64,000 nucleotides of DNA, from the NCBI GenBank assembly GCA_029259175.1, contig JAPDJH010000001.1, positions 1-64,000 of the forward strand, written 5' to 3'. Origin of the DNA: Hadesarchaea archaeon (lineage in GTDB: Archaea; Hadarchaeota; Hadarchaeia; Hadarchaeales; Hadarchaeaceae). Below are positions 1-11,600 of this stretch, piece after piece. Both the position numbers and the translations under genes were made by a program. The first letter of the stretch is position 1. Each line of letters starts with the position of its first letter. The notes under the pieces are model-generated. The model had not been told where the DNA came from and made no database searches. It was given only the letters and a program-made list of their open reading frames with translations.

Positions 1-31
1 CAGGTAGCCCGAGGGGAACGAATGATTCCAT
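1..31 (-). CDS. 5' end of a gene running off the window (MESFVPLGLP...), possibly an IS transposase
   Basis: Minus strand GGAGGTGA Shine-Dalgarno (38-45) 6 nt before ATG at 31; only 10 codons visible. Confidence 0.35.
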   Translation of the reverse strand, partial: MESFVPLGLP

Positions 32-91
32 AGAGCATCACCTCCTTGGAGTTGTTTCCCATCCCCTCGGGTCCTAGCCCCCAATCGTTCT

Positions 92-1134
92 ATGAGGAGA
101 GACCTAAAGCGTTATTTGAACAGCATCGGTGAAAATAATTCAGGAAAATCCACCATCTTGGACGCGATTTATTGGGCATGTCAAGAACTTACCAATCCGA
201 ATGGAGATACTTTGAGAGAGGTGTTACACAGACGGATAGGGCGTGATATAGGACGTTCAGAAATATTCTTTGGTTATAATCAGGATGCCATTATAGAAAT
301 CTCTTTGAGCACGAAAGCTGGGAAAACTTATACCTTTCAAATCGGTCGAAGTGAGAAGATTTTCCCTCGACTGTCTGACGTGCCCACTTTAGCTGGAGTT
401 CGTTTTTCATTGTCGGCGTGGACATATTCGCTCCTCTTCAAAACCGGAGAGGAAGAATGGTACTTTGTCAAATCCGTGGATGCAGGGCTAAGATCTCGCC
501 CGCCCTATCACTCTTCCTATGAAAATAAGGTTGATTCTGACATGCTTCGGTATGCGAAAGAGAGCGATTTCTTGTCCTCTCATCTTCGGATAAATGACTT
601 GAGCGATCAACTGGATAAAAACCTAGGTGAATTGAAATTGGCTCCTGAACTGGAAAAGAGATTCTGTAGAATGATGAAAGAAATCGTCGGATCACCTGCC
701 TATGAATTTACCCCCCGTCCGGAAAATCCATCTCAGAGAATTATCACATTCCAAGATGGTCAATATCGTGTTTTTGGAGAGTTTCAGGGGGCGGGTCTCC
801 TGCGGGTTGCTCAAATACTTTCCACAGGATTGCTTAGACGGGGCACCGGATTGTTTATCGAAGAGATCGAAACGTACCTCCATCCAAAATCGCTAGAAAA
901 ATTGGCTGGATATCTCATCGAGATAGCAAAAGAACACGATATTCAACTTTTATAACCACTCACAGTTACCACGATGCCCTAAGATACTTTGATTCAGCGT
1001 TTGAGGATGAAAAGTCTAAAAATCAATATTTTCGGTGTTTCGTCGTCTCTCGAGCAAATGGTAAAGTAAGAGTTGAAACAGGAAACGTGATGGAAATTCT
1101 CAACTCACTGTATAAAACAGGCTATCAAAAGTGA
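92..1134 (+). pseudogene. ABC/AAA_15-type ATPase (OLD/AbiEii-like), frameshifted and apparently N-terminally truncated
   Basis: Walker A GENNSGKST, Walker B IEEIETYLHP; ORF stops at 955 (IQLL*) but one extra T in the T-run at ~948-951 restores IQLFITTHS and reads to TGA 1132-1134. Confidence 0.75.
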
Positions 1135-1494
1135 TGTTTTCGGACTAGATTAGGCCTTGATTTTACTCACCATACAATTCTAAGTTTTATGCACATAAAA
1201 ATTCGCCCAACATGGTTACTTTCGGTTATGATCGGTACATTTGACATTGGATGAGTACTGATATTTGCCGTTCCTGAAGGGATCTACCTAGAAACATTGC
1301 GAATGTCGCTCAACTGTGAAAGCTCATAGGACAGTTTACCTGTTCATTTTGAGTTGGTAGCATCCTCGATAGAAGTCTAGTTTTTGAGATGGTGGCAATT
1401 GATTGATGCGGAGAGCTTTGGACAAATGCCTCGGTATCTCGGAATTTTATCGAAGTCCTCTTTAAACGGTTTGCAAAACATGTCTTGGAGGTCT

Positions 1495-2016
1495 ATGAAA
1501 ATAGTGGAGAAAAAAGAAGTAGAAAGAGAATACTATCCCAAGATAAAATCAAAGCTTGAGGAAATTTTTAGTGAAATTTTCCATGATGTATACTTTGAAA
1601 TAACCGCCGATGGAAAGTTCAGTAACAAACTAAAAAGCCAAATCAGCGATTATCGAAATATCGTTTTCGTTTTTCTGAAAAAAGGTACTTCTCCTGATAT
1701 TACAGGATTTGTAAACAACGTGAGAAAAGAGCATAGTGCGAAATATGGCATTCTTCCTGGTTTTGTTGTTGCAGAGTTCAAAAAAGAAAAAATAAAGCTA
1801 GACGACATTTATCAAATTCGGAAATATGCCGAACTACTCGACGCGAGATACGCATTCTTAATTTCTTTGGATCCAATTCCTGAAGAGATAAAACGACTTT
1901 CACGCACGGTATATTCACTACTTTCTCTGCCCGGATATCAGAGAGTGACTCTCGTGCATTGGGATAAAGAGAGTGAACAAATAATCGAATTTTATCCACA
2001 GAAACCGTTTAAGTAA
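1495..2016 (+). CDS. Hypothetical protein, probable PD-(D/E)XK restriction-endonuclease-like fold
   Basis: PDITG...VVAEFK...DIYQIRKY motif spacing; GGAGGT before ATG 1495. Confidence 0.55.
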   Translation: MKIVEKKEVEREYYPKIKSKLEEIFSEIFHDVYFEITADGKFSNKLKSQISDYRNIVFVFLKKGTSPDITGFVNNVRKEHSAKYGILPGFVVAEFKKEKIKLDDIYQIRKYAELLDARYAFLISLDPIPEEIKRLSRTVYSLLSLPGYQRVTLVHWDKESEQIIEFYPQKPFK

Positions 2017-2042
2017 AAAAAACGAAACAGGAGTGTGGAAAA

Positions 2043-2834
2043 ATGAGACAAGCATTTGGTCCCGGAATGTATCTATTTATCGCAGCATGGTACTTGGTGA
2101 TTACAACTATTGTGTTTTCCATTTATTATCCAACTTTAATTCCACAAATTTTTCTCGGGTCGATACAAGCTTTTGTTGGTATTGCGCTTGTCGTACACGC
2201 TTTTTCAAGAAATCCAAAACCAGTGTTAATGTCGGTTTTAGTCGAACCTGAAGATGAAAATAAGAACATAGTTGCAGACGAGAAATATTTAGTTCCTGTC
2301 AGAAGACACGGACGACCCGATCGACCCATAGTCAGACCGGCATATGTTCGCGAAATGAAATCTTTCTGGATTATGATGACTTACTTGGGACTCGCATTTG
2401 TATGTGCATTAATACCCCCATTATATGCCGCTTCATATGTTCTCTCGGCAATCGGTATCGGGTATTTTACAAGTCGTCGCTTAGAACGAAAGATTGAATG
2501 CAAGAGGCCCCCGAGGAAACTTCGAGTAGCTTTTGATATAGGAAATGCGGGACTTACTGGGGTAACGGTTCATGAGATCCAATATCAGATGATAAAACCG
2601 AAAATCGGAGTTCCTCACATAATCTCTCTAGAAACGAAAAATAATGAAAGAAAGTATCTTCGCCCTCATGAAAGAATCACCTCAGAATTTCGATTTCCTG
2701 AAAACAAACAAAGTAGACTTAAACCTGGTTACTACGAGTTTAGGGTCATCCTTTATACGACAAAAATGGAGAGCAAACTTCATATCAACATCCATGTTTC
2801 TGAAGACATGAAAACAATTCGATTTAGCTATTAA
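2043..2834 (+). CDS. Hypothetical membrane protein with C-terminal beta-rich domain
   Basis: 263-aa ORF with ~4 hydrophobic segments, AT-rich. Confidence 0.6.
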   Translation: MRQAFGPGMYLFIAAWYLVITTIVFSIYYPTLIPQIFLGSIQAFVGIALVVHAFSRNPKPVLMSVLVEPEDENKNIVADEKYLVPVRRHGRPDRPIVRPAYVREMKSFWIMMTYLGLAFVCALIPPLYAASYVLSAIGIGYFTSRRLERKIECKRPPRKLRVAFDIGNAGLTGVTVHEIQYQMIKPKIGVPHIISLETKNNERKYLRPHERITSEFRFPENKQSRLKPGYYEFRVILYTTKMESKLHINIHVSEDMKTIRFSY

Positions 2835-3270
2835 CTTTGGTGTAGTCAATTTTTATCCGTCGCACTTTATTATGGTTGAAGAGAGTCGCTTAGTTTAGAT
2901 TTCACACAAGTAAGAGTCATTTTTATCGAGGGTCTCACGAATCCCAAGTCCTAACATATCGCTCTTCATCGTTTTCCTTGGCTTTTCATTTCCTCACTTC
3001 AGCAGATATCTTACCGATTGATTTCCGACACGCAAACAATGAAATCCAATCAATCACCCAAAATTGCCTTTCCTCCGTTGGTTTCGCGAAACCGATGCCC
3101 CACCGATAAATCACCCGATGCATCGGCGATGATGGATCCAACCAATCGCTTTAATCGCCCAAAAAATCGCTCTCCCCATCGCCCCCGTATCGACCGATGC
3201 ATCGCCGATGAAATCGGTTTTTTCCCACAGGTAGATAGAATGGGCTGGTGAATCGGTCGATTATCTGGCC

Positions 3271-4035
3271 TTAGGGAGCGTCAAAGAGATGCTTAAGTAG
3301 TTTCAAATCAAAACAATTTTTCTCTTTGCGGGGTTTCTCAAAAAGACAAGGATGAGGGATTATCCTAGGGATAGTCGGAGGAGCTTTATCAAAAGTAAAA
3401 CCATTTACGGTTATTGGTGGAGGAACCCTATTAACATAGTTTAAAACCAGTTTAAACGAGGTCTCTGGCTTTATGTAAATAAAAGCCTCCTTGTGTTTCC
3501 ACGTATAAATTTTCAGCCCGACTTTTTCATGAACTTCTTCGAAAAGTGTACGTAAGTGTTTATTCACTTTTCGTATGGCGGCTTCGCTGAGTGGGTTCAC
3601 TAAGCCTGTGTTTCTTACCAACTTTTCAACTTGTTTTGGAACTGGTTTAGATTTTTTCTTAATTGGATGAACGATTTTCTTGAGCAAAACTTTAATTTCC
3701 TTATCTTTTCTACAGATTTCATCTAAATCTATATGCAAAGCAGCGACGAATCCGGCCCACCAACAAACTTTAGATAATTTTACGGCTGTTTCTAGATCAT
3801 GGAGCAGAATTCTGTGTTTGTCGCCTAAATACTTGGCCGGATGATCTAAGAGGGAGTGTACCCAGCAGTGCTTTCCCTCATATTTTACCCCGATTACTGA
3901 GCCAGTAAATAGACAATGAACCCAATCGTCGGGCACATTCAATTTTCTCCGAAATTCAGATAAAAAATTTACCACTCGTAATCCGCTAGATTCAGAAGAT
4001 GTTTGGATGGAGAAGCGACGATTCGAAATGTGCAC
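3271..4035 (-). CDS. Hypothetical His-rich protein (HxxxD...HRxxxH...H)
   Basis: 254-aa ORF; His cluster suggests metal binding; start uncertain. Confidence 0.45.
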   Translation of the reverse strand: MHISNRRFSIQTSSESSGLRVVNFLSEFRRKLNVPDDWVHCLFTGSVIGVKYEGKHCWVHSLLDHPAKYLGDKHRILLHDLETAVKLSKVCWWAGFVAALHIDLDEICRKDKEIKVLLKKIVHPIKKKSKPVPKQVEKLVRNTGLVNPLSEAAIRKVNKHLRTLFEEVHEKVGLKIYTWKHKEAFIYIKPETSFKLVLNYVNRVPPPITVNGFTFDKAPPTIPRIIPHPCLFEKPRKEKNCFDLKLLKHLFDAP

Positions 4036-4204
4036 AAAGACAAACTGATGGCTAATTTGTTCTCGAGCACGAAAACAGCGTTATATACGATGTTTAGGGA
4101 TGCTCTACCCGCCTAATGTTCATGAGGAAATAAACTTTGCCAATTTGTAGACCGCGGAAGTACACAAAAAATGTGAATGAAGTTTTACGCGGATAAAATC
4201 ACGC

Positions 4205-4954
4205 ATGATCGAACACCGCCCAGAGTTTTATGTGAAAATTCGATCATTTAATGGTGTGATGAAATACAAACAGTTGATCATTCAGATCCTTCGAAAGCTC
4301 AATCCTGCCGAAAGGAACCGTCTATTTCATTGCTCGCTCTTCGATCCGTCCGCATGGGAAGAGATGCCGAGAGATTTCACCAGCTACCGGGCGGAACTCG
4401 ATGAGCGCGTGATTGGAATCCTCCGCAAAGTCGACCCGAAATTTTGCAGAAGAATCACTCGATCCCTGCAAGCCAAGGCACAGTTCCTTCACGGCTTCGT
4501 GTATAACGGAGATCTGAGCGCCCTCATGATCGCTGAGGCGCTGAGTGCAACCAAGAAAATTGGAACGAGAACCCACAAAGGCGGACTTCCCGACCTCATC
4601 TCACGGGTTCGGGGAGAGGAAGTCGGGATAGAGATAAAGCGGCTGGCGGTGGCCAAGGATCCTTCCCAGCGCTTGAGGGATGAGGTGCTGGACAGGCTAA
4701 GCCCGGAGGTTTGGGACAAGCCGTTAGTGCTTCTCCTAATCTTTCCGGAGCTGGAGCTTGTCAGGGAAGACCCGATGAGAGTTCACATGTTCCTGAGCGG
4801 GTTCCGCTTTCTCGGGGATCTCATACGAGGCAAGACGGGAGCACCAGCACGCGTCCTGTGCAAGTACATCGCCTCCGAGTACTCCAAGGAGTTCTCGTTC
4901 GATGCAATGGTTTGTGAGCTGGCAAAAGTAATAAGGGAGGCGGGAGGCAGTTAA
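4205..4954 (+). CDS. PD-(D/E)XK nuclease-like protein (candidate toxin)
   Basis: LPDL...VGIEIK motif; directly upstream of a Panacea-like gene. Confidence 0.55.
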   Translation: MIEHRPEFYVKIRSFNGVMKYKQLIIQILRKLNPAERNRLFHCSLFDPSAWEEMPRDFTSYRAELDERVIGILRKVDPKFCRRITRSLQAKAQFLHGFVYNGDLSALMIAEALSATKKIGTRTHKGGLPDLISRVRGEEVGIEIKRLAVAKDPSQRLRDEVLDRLSPEVWDKPLVLLLIFPELELVREDPMRVHMFLSGFRFLGDLIRGKTGAPARVLCKYIASEYSKEFSFDAMVCELAKVIREAGGS

Positions 4955-4956
4955 TA

Positions 4957-5406
4957 GTGGGGTGTGCGCCGTTGGGGATCCGCGATGTCTTGGTGTATTT
5001 GGTCCGAAAGCTCGGCTCCAAGAGCGAGGGCAGGAAGAAGCTCATGAAGCTCGCCTTCTTGGTCGAGCACCTAGACGTGCGCTCCGGGAGACTTCGGAAG
5101 GAGCCCAGGCTCGGCGATGTGTTCTTCATCTACTACTACGGGGTGTTCAGCTTCGACGTGATGAGGGAGTACGAGAACTTGGTGCGTGAGGGCGTGCTGG
5201 TTGACGGGTATCCCGTAAAACTCGGCTGTGAGGTCGAAACGCGGCTGGAGGAACGGCTGAGGCACGACGTAGACGAGATCCTAGAGCGCTACGGCGACCG
5301 CTCCGGTTACGAACTCGAGCTGGAAACCCTACACATGCTCGGGATTGAGCCCCACAAGAAGGATTTGTATTTTGGGAAGAGGGTCGACGAACTCATTCCC
5401 CCTTGA
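4957..5406 (+). CDS. Panacea (DUF4065/SocA-like) antitoxin domain protein
   Basis: KKLMKLAFL...F.YYYGVFS...V...YGD.SG.ELE..T pattern typical of DUF4065. Confidence 0.7.
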   Translation: MGCAPLGIRDVLVYLVRKLGSKSEGRKKLMKLAFLVEHLDVRSGRLRKEPRLGDVFFIYYYGVFSFDVMREYENLVREGVLVDGYPVKLGCEVETRLEERLRHDVDEILERYGDRSGYELELETLHMLGIEPHKKDLYFGKRVDELIPP

Positions 5407-5663
5407 GTTTTCGACCCAAGACTGGGTTTGGGACGAAAATCGCTAGCGTTTTCTAGAAATGCTGAGCCCCAGTGCCCGCACATCTTGGGGTCGTAGCTCG
5501 ACGGTCCACTCATGAACCTCCGCCCCCGCCCCAAGCCCTTTTAAAAAAAAAAAAACATAAATTTTGGGTGGGGGCATGTTAAAGAACCCACCACCATCTA
5601 AGTTTAAACTCGTTGAAGGCTTCACGAAACGTTTGAGGGGGGGGGGGAGAGCGTACTGCAGTT

Positions 5664-8600
5664 GTGTCGAAGCTCCTTGCACTCACAATAGCTGCTATAA
5701 TTTTGGCCAATCCGCTCGCTATCTTCGCCAGCACCCCCATTTCTGCGGCTGCTAGACAAAGCCCTGTTGTTACCTATCAGAGCTTAGATAACACTTTGGT
5801 TTTTCCTCCACCGTCTACTAATAATATCCAAGACATCTCCTTCACGGTAGATTTTGGTAAACTCTGGGTTGAGAATCTAGACAACTATCACCTAGTCAAG
5901 ATTGCGGGGTGTGGTCTGTGGAGCGGTGGGGAGGGCGAACCCACTGTTCCAGCGCGCACCGTTCTAGTTTTGCTTCCCCCAGATGCGACCATTTCGTCCG
6001 TTGAAGTCACTGCTCTGCCCACCCTATCAAGGGCCCTGTCGGAAGAAATCCGTTTGTATCCCCACCAGCGCCCGATCCCCTTACACCTGCTCGATAATTT
6101 GAAACGTAGATTCGTGCCTCCTGACCCACAGATCTACTCCTCGTCTAATCCCTATCCGGGCCAGCGAGGAAAACTTGCGTTCCTCACAATCGACAAAGGA
6201 TATCGGATAGCAGGAATAACTCTCTTTCCGATCGCCTACATCCCTTCGCAGCGCAGAGTTGTGTTCTATCCCAAGCTCAGCGTGCACATCAAGCTCAAGA
6301 GCGCTGCGGACGCGAGAAGCCTAACGAGGGTAAAGCCTCTACCAGGCGATGATGAACAACTCAGAAAGCTCGTGGTTAACCCCGAGATTCTTAGTACCTA
6401 TTCCACGATAACTCCAACCAGCGCAGGCTTTAGCACTCTAGCCTCGGGTGATTTCGCTCCAACCAGCACGGGCTCCAGCGCTTCAACCGAGGAATCCAGC
6501 TCCCTGCTACCACCGGGCACCTACCCCTATGTAATCATCACCAGCGATGAGCTGAAGAATTCAGGCGAATGGCAACCCTTAATTGACCGGAAGAACTCAA
6601 GAGGTCTAAACGCAACAATTGTCACGGTCGAATGGATTTACTCCAATTACAGTGGTTGCGATAACCCTGAAAAAATTCGGAACTTTATCATCGATGCTCA
6701 CAACACTTGGCAGACAAAATGGGTTCTCTTGGGCGGTGACGATACGGTAATCCCCCCGAGATATTTTTACGTAGAATCATGGGAGGGGGGCTATGCGACA
6801 TATATGCCTGCTGATCTCTACTACAGTTGCCTCGACGGTAATTTTAACTATGATGGCGATTCCCAATGGGGAGAACCGAACGATGGTCCTGATGGAGGAG
6901 AGGTAGATCTATACGCGGATGTTTATGTCGGTCGAGCGCCCGTTGCTAGCGCGTCCGATGTGTCGAACTTCGTTTCCAAAACTTTGGCATACGAGGATTT
7001 CGTCCCATCGCCAAAGTATCTTGCTTATATGGTGGGCGAGTACTTGGGTTTTGGTGGAGTCACCGAGTACGCAAAGCCATCGTTGGAGGAGATGAGGCTC
7101 GGCTCAGATGCCCATGGCTATACTACGGCGGGTTTTGTCGACTCGGATAACTTTACGACTCAAACTCTTTACGAGGCTGACTCTCCTTGGTCAAAGGACG
7201 ATCTGATAAATATCATAAATAATGGTCTCCGGGTGATAAATCACTTAGGCCACGGCAATACCGACCATGCTATGAAGCTTGACAACCCAGATTTGGATTC
7301 CCTTACCAACACGCAATACTTTTTCGCTTACAGCCAAGCTTGTTTGTCTGGGGCCTTCGACGTTGGAGAGGCTTGGGCAGAGAAAGTTGTTCGGATGGCA
7401 CACGGCGCTGCAGCCGTTGTTATGAACGCTAGGTACGGATGGGGAGCGGTGGATAGCACTGATGGACCCTCCCAGTGGTTCGCTAGGCAATTCTGGGATG
7501 CGGCATTCGGAGAAGGCATTTACAACTTGGGTAAAATGAACTCAGATTCGAAAGAAGACACAATTGAAATAAGGTATAACTGGGAGTGCTGGCGGTGGTG
7601 TTATTATGAACTCAACCTCTTCGGCGATCCGGAACTTAATCTCGGTCAGCTCATTCTCACAAGCCCCCCAGCTCTTACAATTGATGTCGAGCCAGAGCTG
7701 AGCAACGGAGAAACAACGATTACGGTGAGTTCAACGCAAGATTTAACATCGCTAACTGTGACCGTAACAGCCCCCGACGGAACCTCCACGAACGTCAGCA
7801 TGTCAGAAATTGCCCCGCTGAAGTGGTCGGGAACCTACACTGTTACTCAAGACGGAACCCACACCGTTCATGCCGAGGGAATAAACGCGGCAGGTATGGT
7901 GGGCACAGCTGATGCGACATTCGTGGGCGATGTCACCCCTCCGACGATTCAGAACCTCAATGCCAACCCTGGGAGTTTTAACCCAGACAATGGAGAGAGC
8001 ACCTCGATAACGGCAAGTATAACCGAGCAGGCCAATTGGACCCTCACTATAAAGGAATCCTCCGAACCTCAAACCCCTCCTTACTGGCGTATCGGACTCG
8101 AGAACCTCGTTGGCTATTGGCGCTTTGACGAGGGAACCGGGACAGAGGCTGGTGACAGTGCAGGAAAAAATGACGGGAAAATTTATGGCGCGATTTGGGT
8201 TCCCGGCAAGCTGGGTTCTGCTCTCTATTTCGACGGGGTGGACGATTACGTTGAGATTCCAGATTCAGAGAGTTTGGATCTCACCAGCTTCACGGTTGAG
8301 GTTTGGGTATATCCGAGAGAGATCAAGTCCGATTATCAGCCCCTGATAGTCAAGGGGGAGCAGGAGCGTAACTACGGCTTACTCATCCGTCCCGACGAGA
8401 TGCGCATCCACTTCTCGTTCAAGCGGACGGACGGGACTTGGGCTGCCAGCGACAGCGTTGGCTCGCTCACGCTGAATGCTTGGAACCACGTTGCCATGAC
8501 TTACGACGGATCGAAGCTCAGGCTCTACCTCAACGGGCAGCTGGATCGTGAGGTGGCAGAGAGCGGTACACCCATGCAAAGTGGCGCCCCCGTAAGAATA

Positions 8601-11600
8601 GGCAAAGGGATTTCGATGTTCACACCATTCAAAGGTATGATTGACGAGGTTCGGATCTACAACCGGGCGCTAAGCACAAGCGAGATTGAAGAATACTATG
8701 AAAACTGTATCAGGGTTCTCAGGAGCTTTGTTGGTTCGGACAACTCGATATCGGAGACTTGGCGCGGTATTCGCGATGTCGAGGTCTGGGTTCAGACCTC
8801 GCGCGCCGATTTCGAGCAGGGAACGCTCACAGATGTCGACACAGCGACTAGACCAGGGGACATCAGACTAGCTGTGGAGTCTAGTAACATTTGGTCTTCG
8901 CTTCCAGACTTACCCCAGAGCCTAATTATCTCCGACGACTATAAACACTGTCGTCATCTCCTTGCCTCAGACAACTTTCACACATATTTTATAAACAACG
9001 GATACGCCGCAAACTTTTACTTCGGTGAGTACGACCGGAGATTCAATTCTTGGACGCAATGCGCTTTTCCCCCATCTTTTGGAAGTAAAGGAGTCTTGAC
9101 TACAGGAGAACCCGCCCCAGACGGCAGATATGTGTATTATATAACCAATAGCGGGTACTTCGGAAAGTATGATCTCTCAACCGACTCTTGGACGAGCCTT
9201 ACTTATCCTCCCGAAGATTCACCATACGGTGTTTTGACTTCGGACGGAACCTACATCTACTATACTCCTAACTCTGAGGATGGAGATAATGTTTATAGGT
9301 ACGATCCTGGAACAGACTGCTGGACCCTTATCACTAGACTCCCAGGGTGTAGGATGGGAGATCTTATCGCGGACGGCACCTATCTTTATTACATAGCTTA
9401 CTTCGGCGCTAGGGGATTTTACAAATATGATCCCTCGACAGACGCTTGGACCCGCCTCCCGGATCCTCCAGAATATTCCGACCGCGGGGTCCTAGCCTCC
9501 GATGGCACCTATATCTACTACTGCCTAAACAGCGAGGCCAAATTTTACGGGTATGATTTGGAAACAGGCTCTTGGACGGTTCTAGCGGATGTTCCGTATG
9601 GAACCAATTATGGGCGTCTAGCTTCAGATGGTACCTATGTCTACTACGCCCCGATTTGTGTCTCTGCAAGTAAGTTATATAACTTTTATAAATACACTAG
9701 GGTGGTCTACAAATCGTCGGGGACTTATACCTCGCCGGTCTTCGACGCTGGCAGGGAAGTCAAGTGGGGGACTATTCACTGGAGTGCAACTACGCCATCC
9801 GGCACATCCCTTTCAATTGAAACACGAAGTTCAAGCGATGGTGTGACATGGTCTGAGTGGCAGCAGTGTACGAATGGTGGAGAGATTCCAAGTCCGAGCG
9901 GTCGTTATCTCCAATACCGGGCCAACCTGAGCACGTCAAAGATCAATCACACACCTTCTCTCCATCACGTTGTAGTGACTTATGGATCTGAAGCTTCTCA
10001 GGGTAGCTACACCATATACGCCGACGCAGTCGATCTGGCGGGCAATCTATCGTCAACGGCATCAACAACGGTATCGGTGAACTTGCCTCCCGAGTTCACC
10101 GTAAAGGTCTCCCCCGCTCCGAGCCCAGGAGGCTCGGTCACGGTAGAAGTGGTTTCAAACGAGAATTTGGGGGCCACGCCCTCGGTCAAGGTTTGGGCTC
10201 CCGACAACACCTCGAGCGAAGTCGCGGTCAACAAGATTGCTGACTGTAAGTGGCAGGGCACTTACAACGTGACTCAGACGGGGGCTTACTTGGTCAGGGT
10301 CGAAGGTTATGATTTGAGTGGTCTCCAAGGAACTGCTGAAAATATCTTTGAAGGTGATCTAGTCCCCCCAGTCATTTCGGACCTCTCGGCAGTCCCCAGC
10401 CTCTTCACCCCCGATGGGGACGGTGAGAACGACGAAACCGTGATAACCGCAGATGTCACCGAGGCGGTGGACTGGACGATTAGAATAGAAAACAGCGGCG
10501 GTGCAACTGTAAGGACGATTACGGGTTCCAACTACGACGGACTCGTAGGGTATTGGAAGTTCGACAACGGGTGCGGAATAGTGGCAGACAGTTCTGGCAA
10601 TGGAGCTCATGGGACGATTTATGGTGGGGCAACTTGGGTGGACGGCAAATACGGTTCAGCCCTGAGCTTCGACGGGGTGGACGATTATGTTGAGCTACCG
10701 CAGCTGATGACGGGGGTCAACAACACGTTCACGCTGGAGCTGTGGTTCTTCCCCAGGGACAACACGGCTGGGGAGTTATTCGTGCACAGGGCAGATTGGA
10801 GGGACAAGATATTGAGGTGGAGCCAGGGCGGTGACCAGAAGGTTCACTTTTTGCTTTACGTCCCCAACGTGGAATATCGCGTGAGCTCGGGGGTCCTGTC
10901 CCTGAACACCTGGTACCACGTGGTCGGAACCTACGATGGGTCGACCATGAGGCTCTACGTAAACGGGGAGGAGGTGGGGAGCCTCGACGTGCAGATCGAC
11001 GTGGACTGGTCGACTGGCTATTACGGGACCTACATCGGGGCGGATGCTTACTTTAACAACAGGTTCTTCAACGGCCTGATCGACGAGGTCCGGGTCTACA
11101 ACCGGGCGCTGAGCGCGGATGAGGTCAAATCGACAATCCGTGCGGTGTGGGATGGAAGGGATGATACCGGTGCACTCTTACCGGAGGACAACTACACGAT
11201 TCGTGTTGAGGCAAGCGATCTGGCAGGCAATTCTGCAGGTACGGTTTCTACCAAGGTCACGTTGGGAATCCCTCCGGAACTCGAGGTGACGGTTTCCCCA
11301 ACTCTCTCCCGAGATAATGTTACGATAACCGTAACATCGAACGAGAATCTCATCGGGGCTCCCTCCGTTGTCGTGAGAACTCCGGACTTCCGCTGGCACA
11401 ATGTTTCCGTCACGCAGGTTGGTGAGCGAAAGTGGTCAGGCAGTTTTGATGTGACCCAGACCGGTGTTCACTTGGTCAGAGCGGTGGGGTATGACTTGCT
11501 TAACCTCAAAGGGGAGGCCGAAAACACCTTTGAGGGAGACATCACCCCTCCAGAAATAAGGGTAAAAGTGCCCGAAATCACGCCGGGCGATGTTACGATA

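Noticed and set aside
1135-4200. Integron attC sites between the AT-rich genes
   Set aside because: No convincing paired R''/R' boxes with internal symmetry seen by eye; an IntegronFinder run would settle it.
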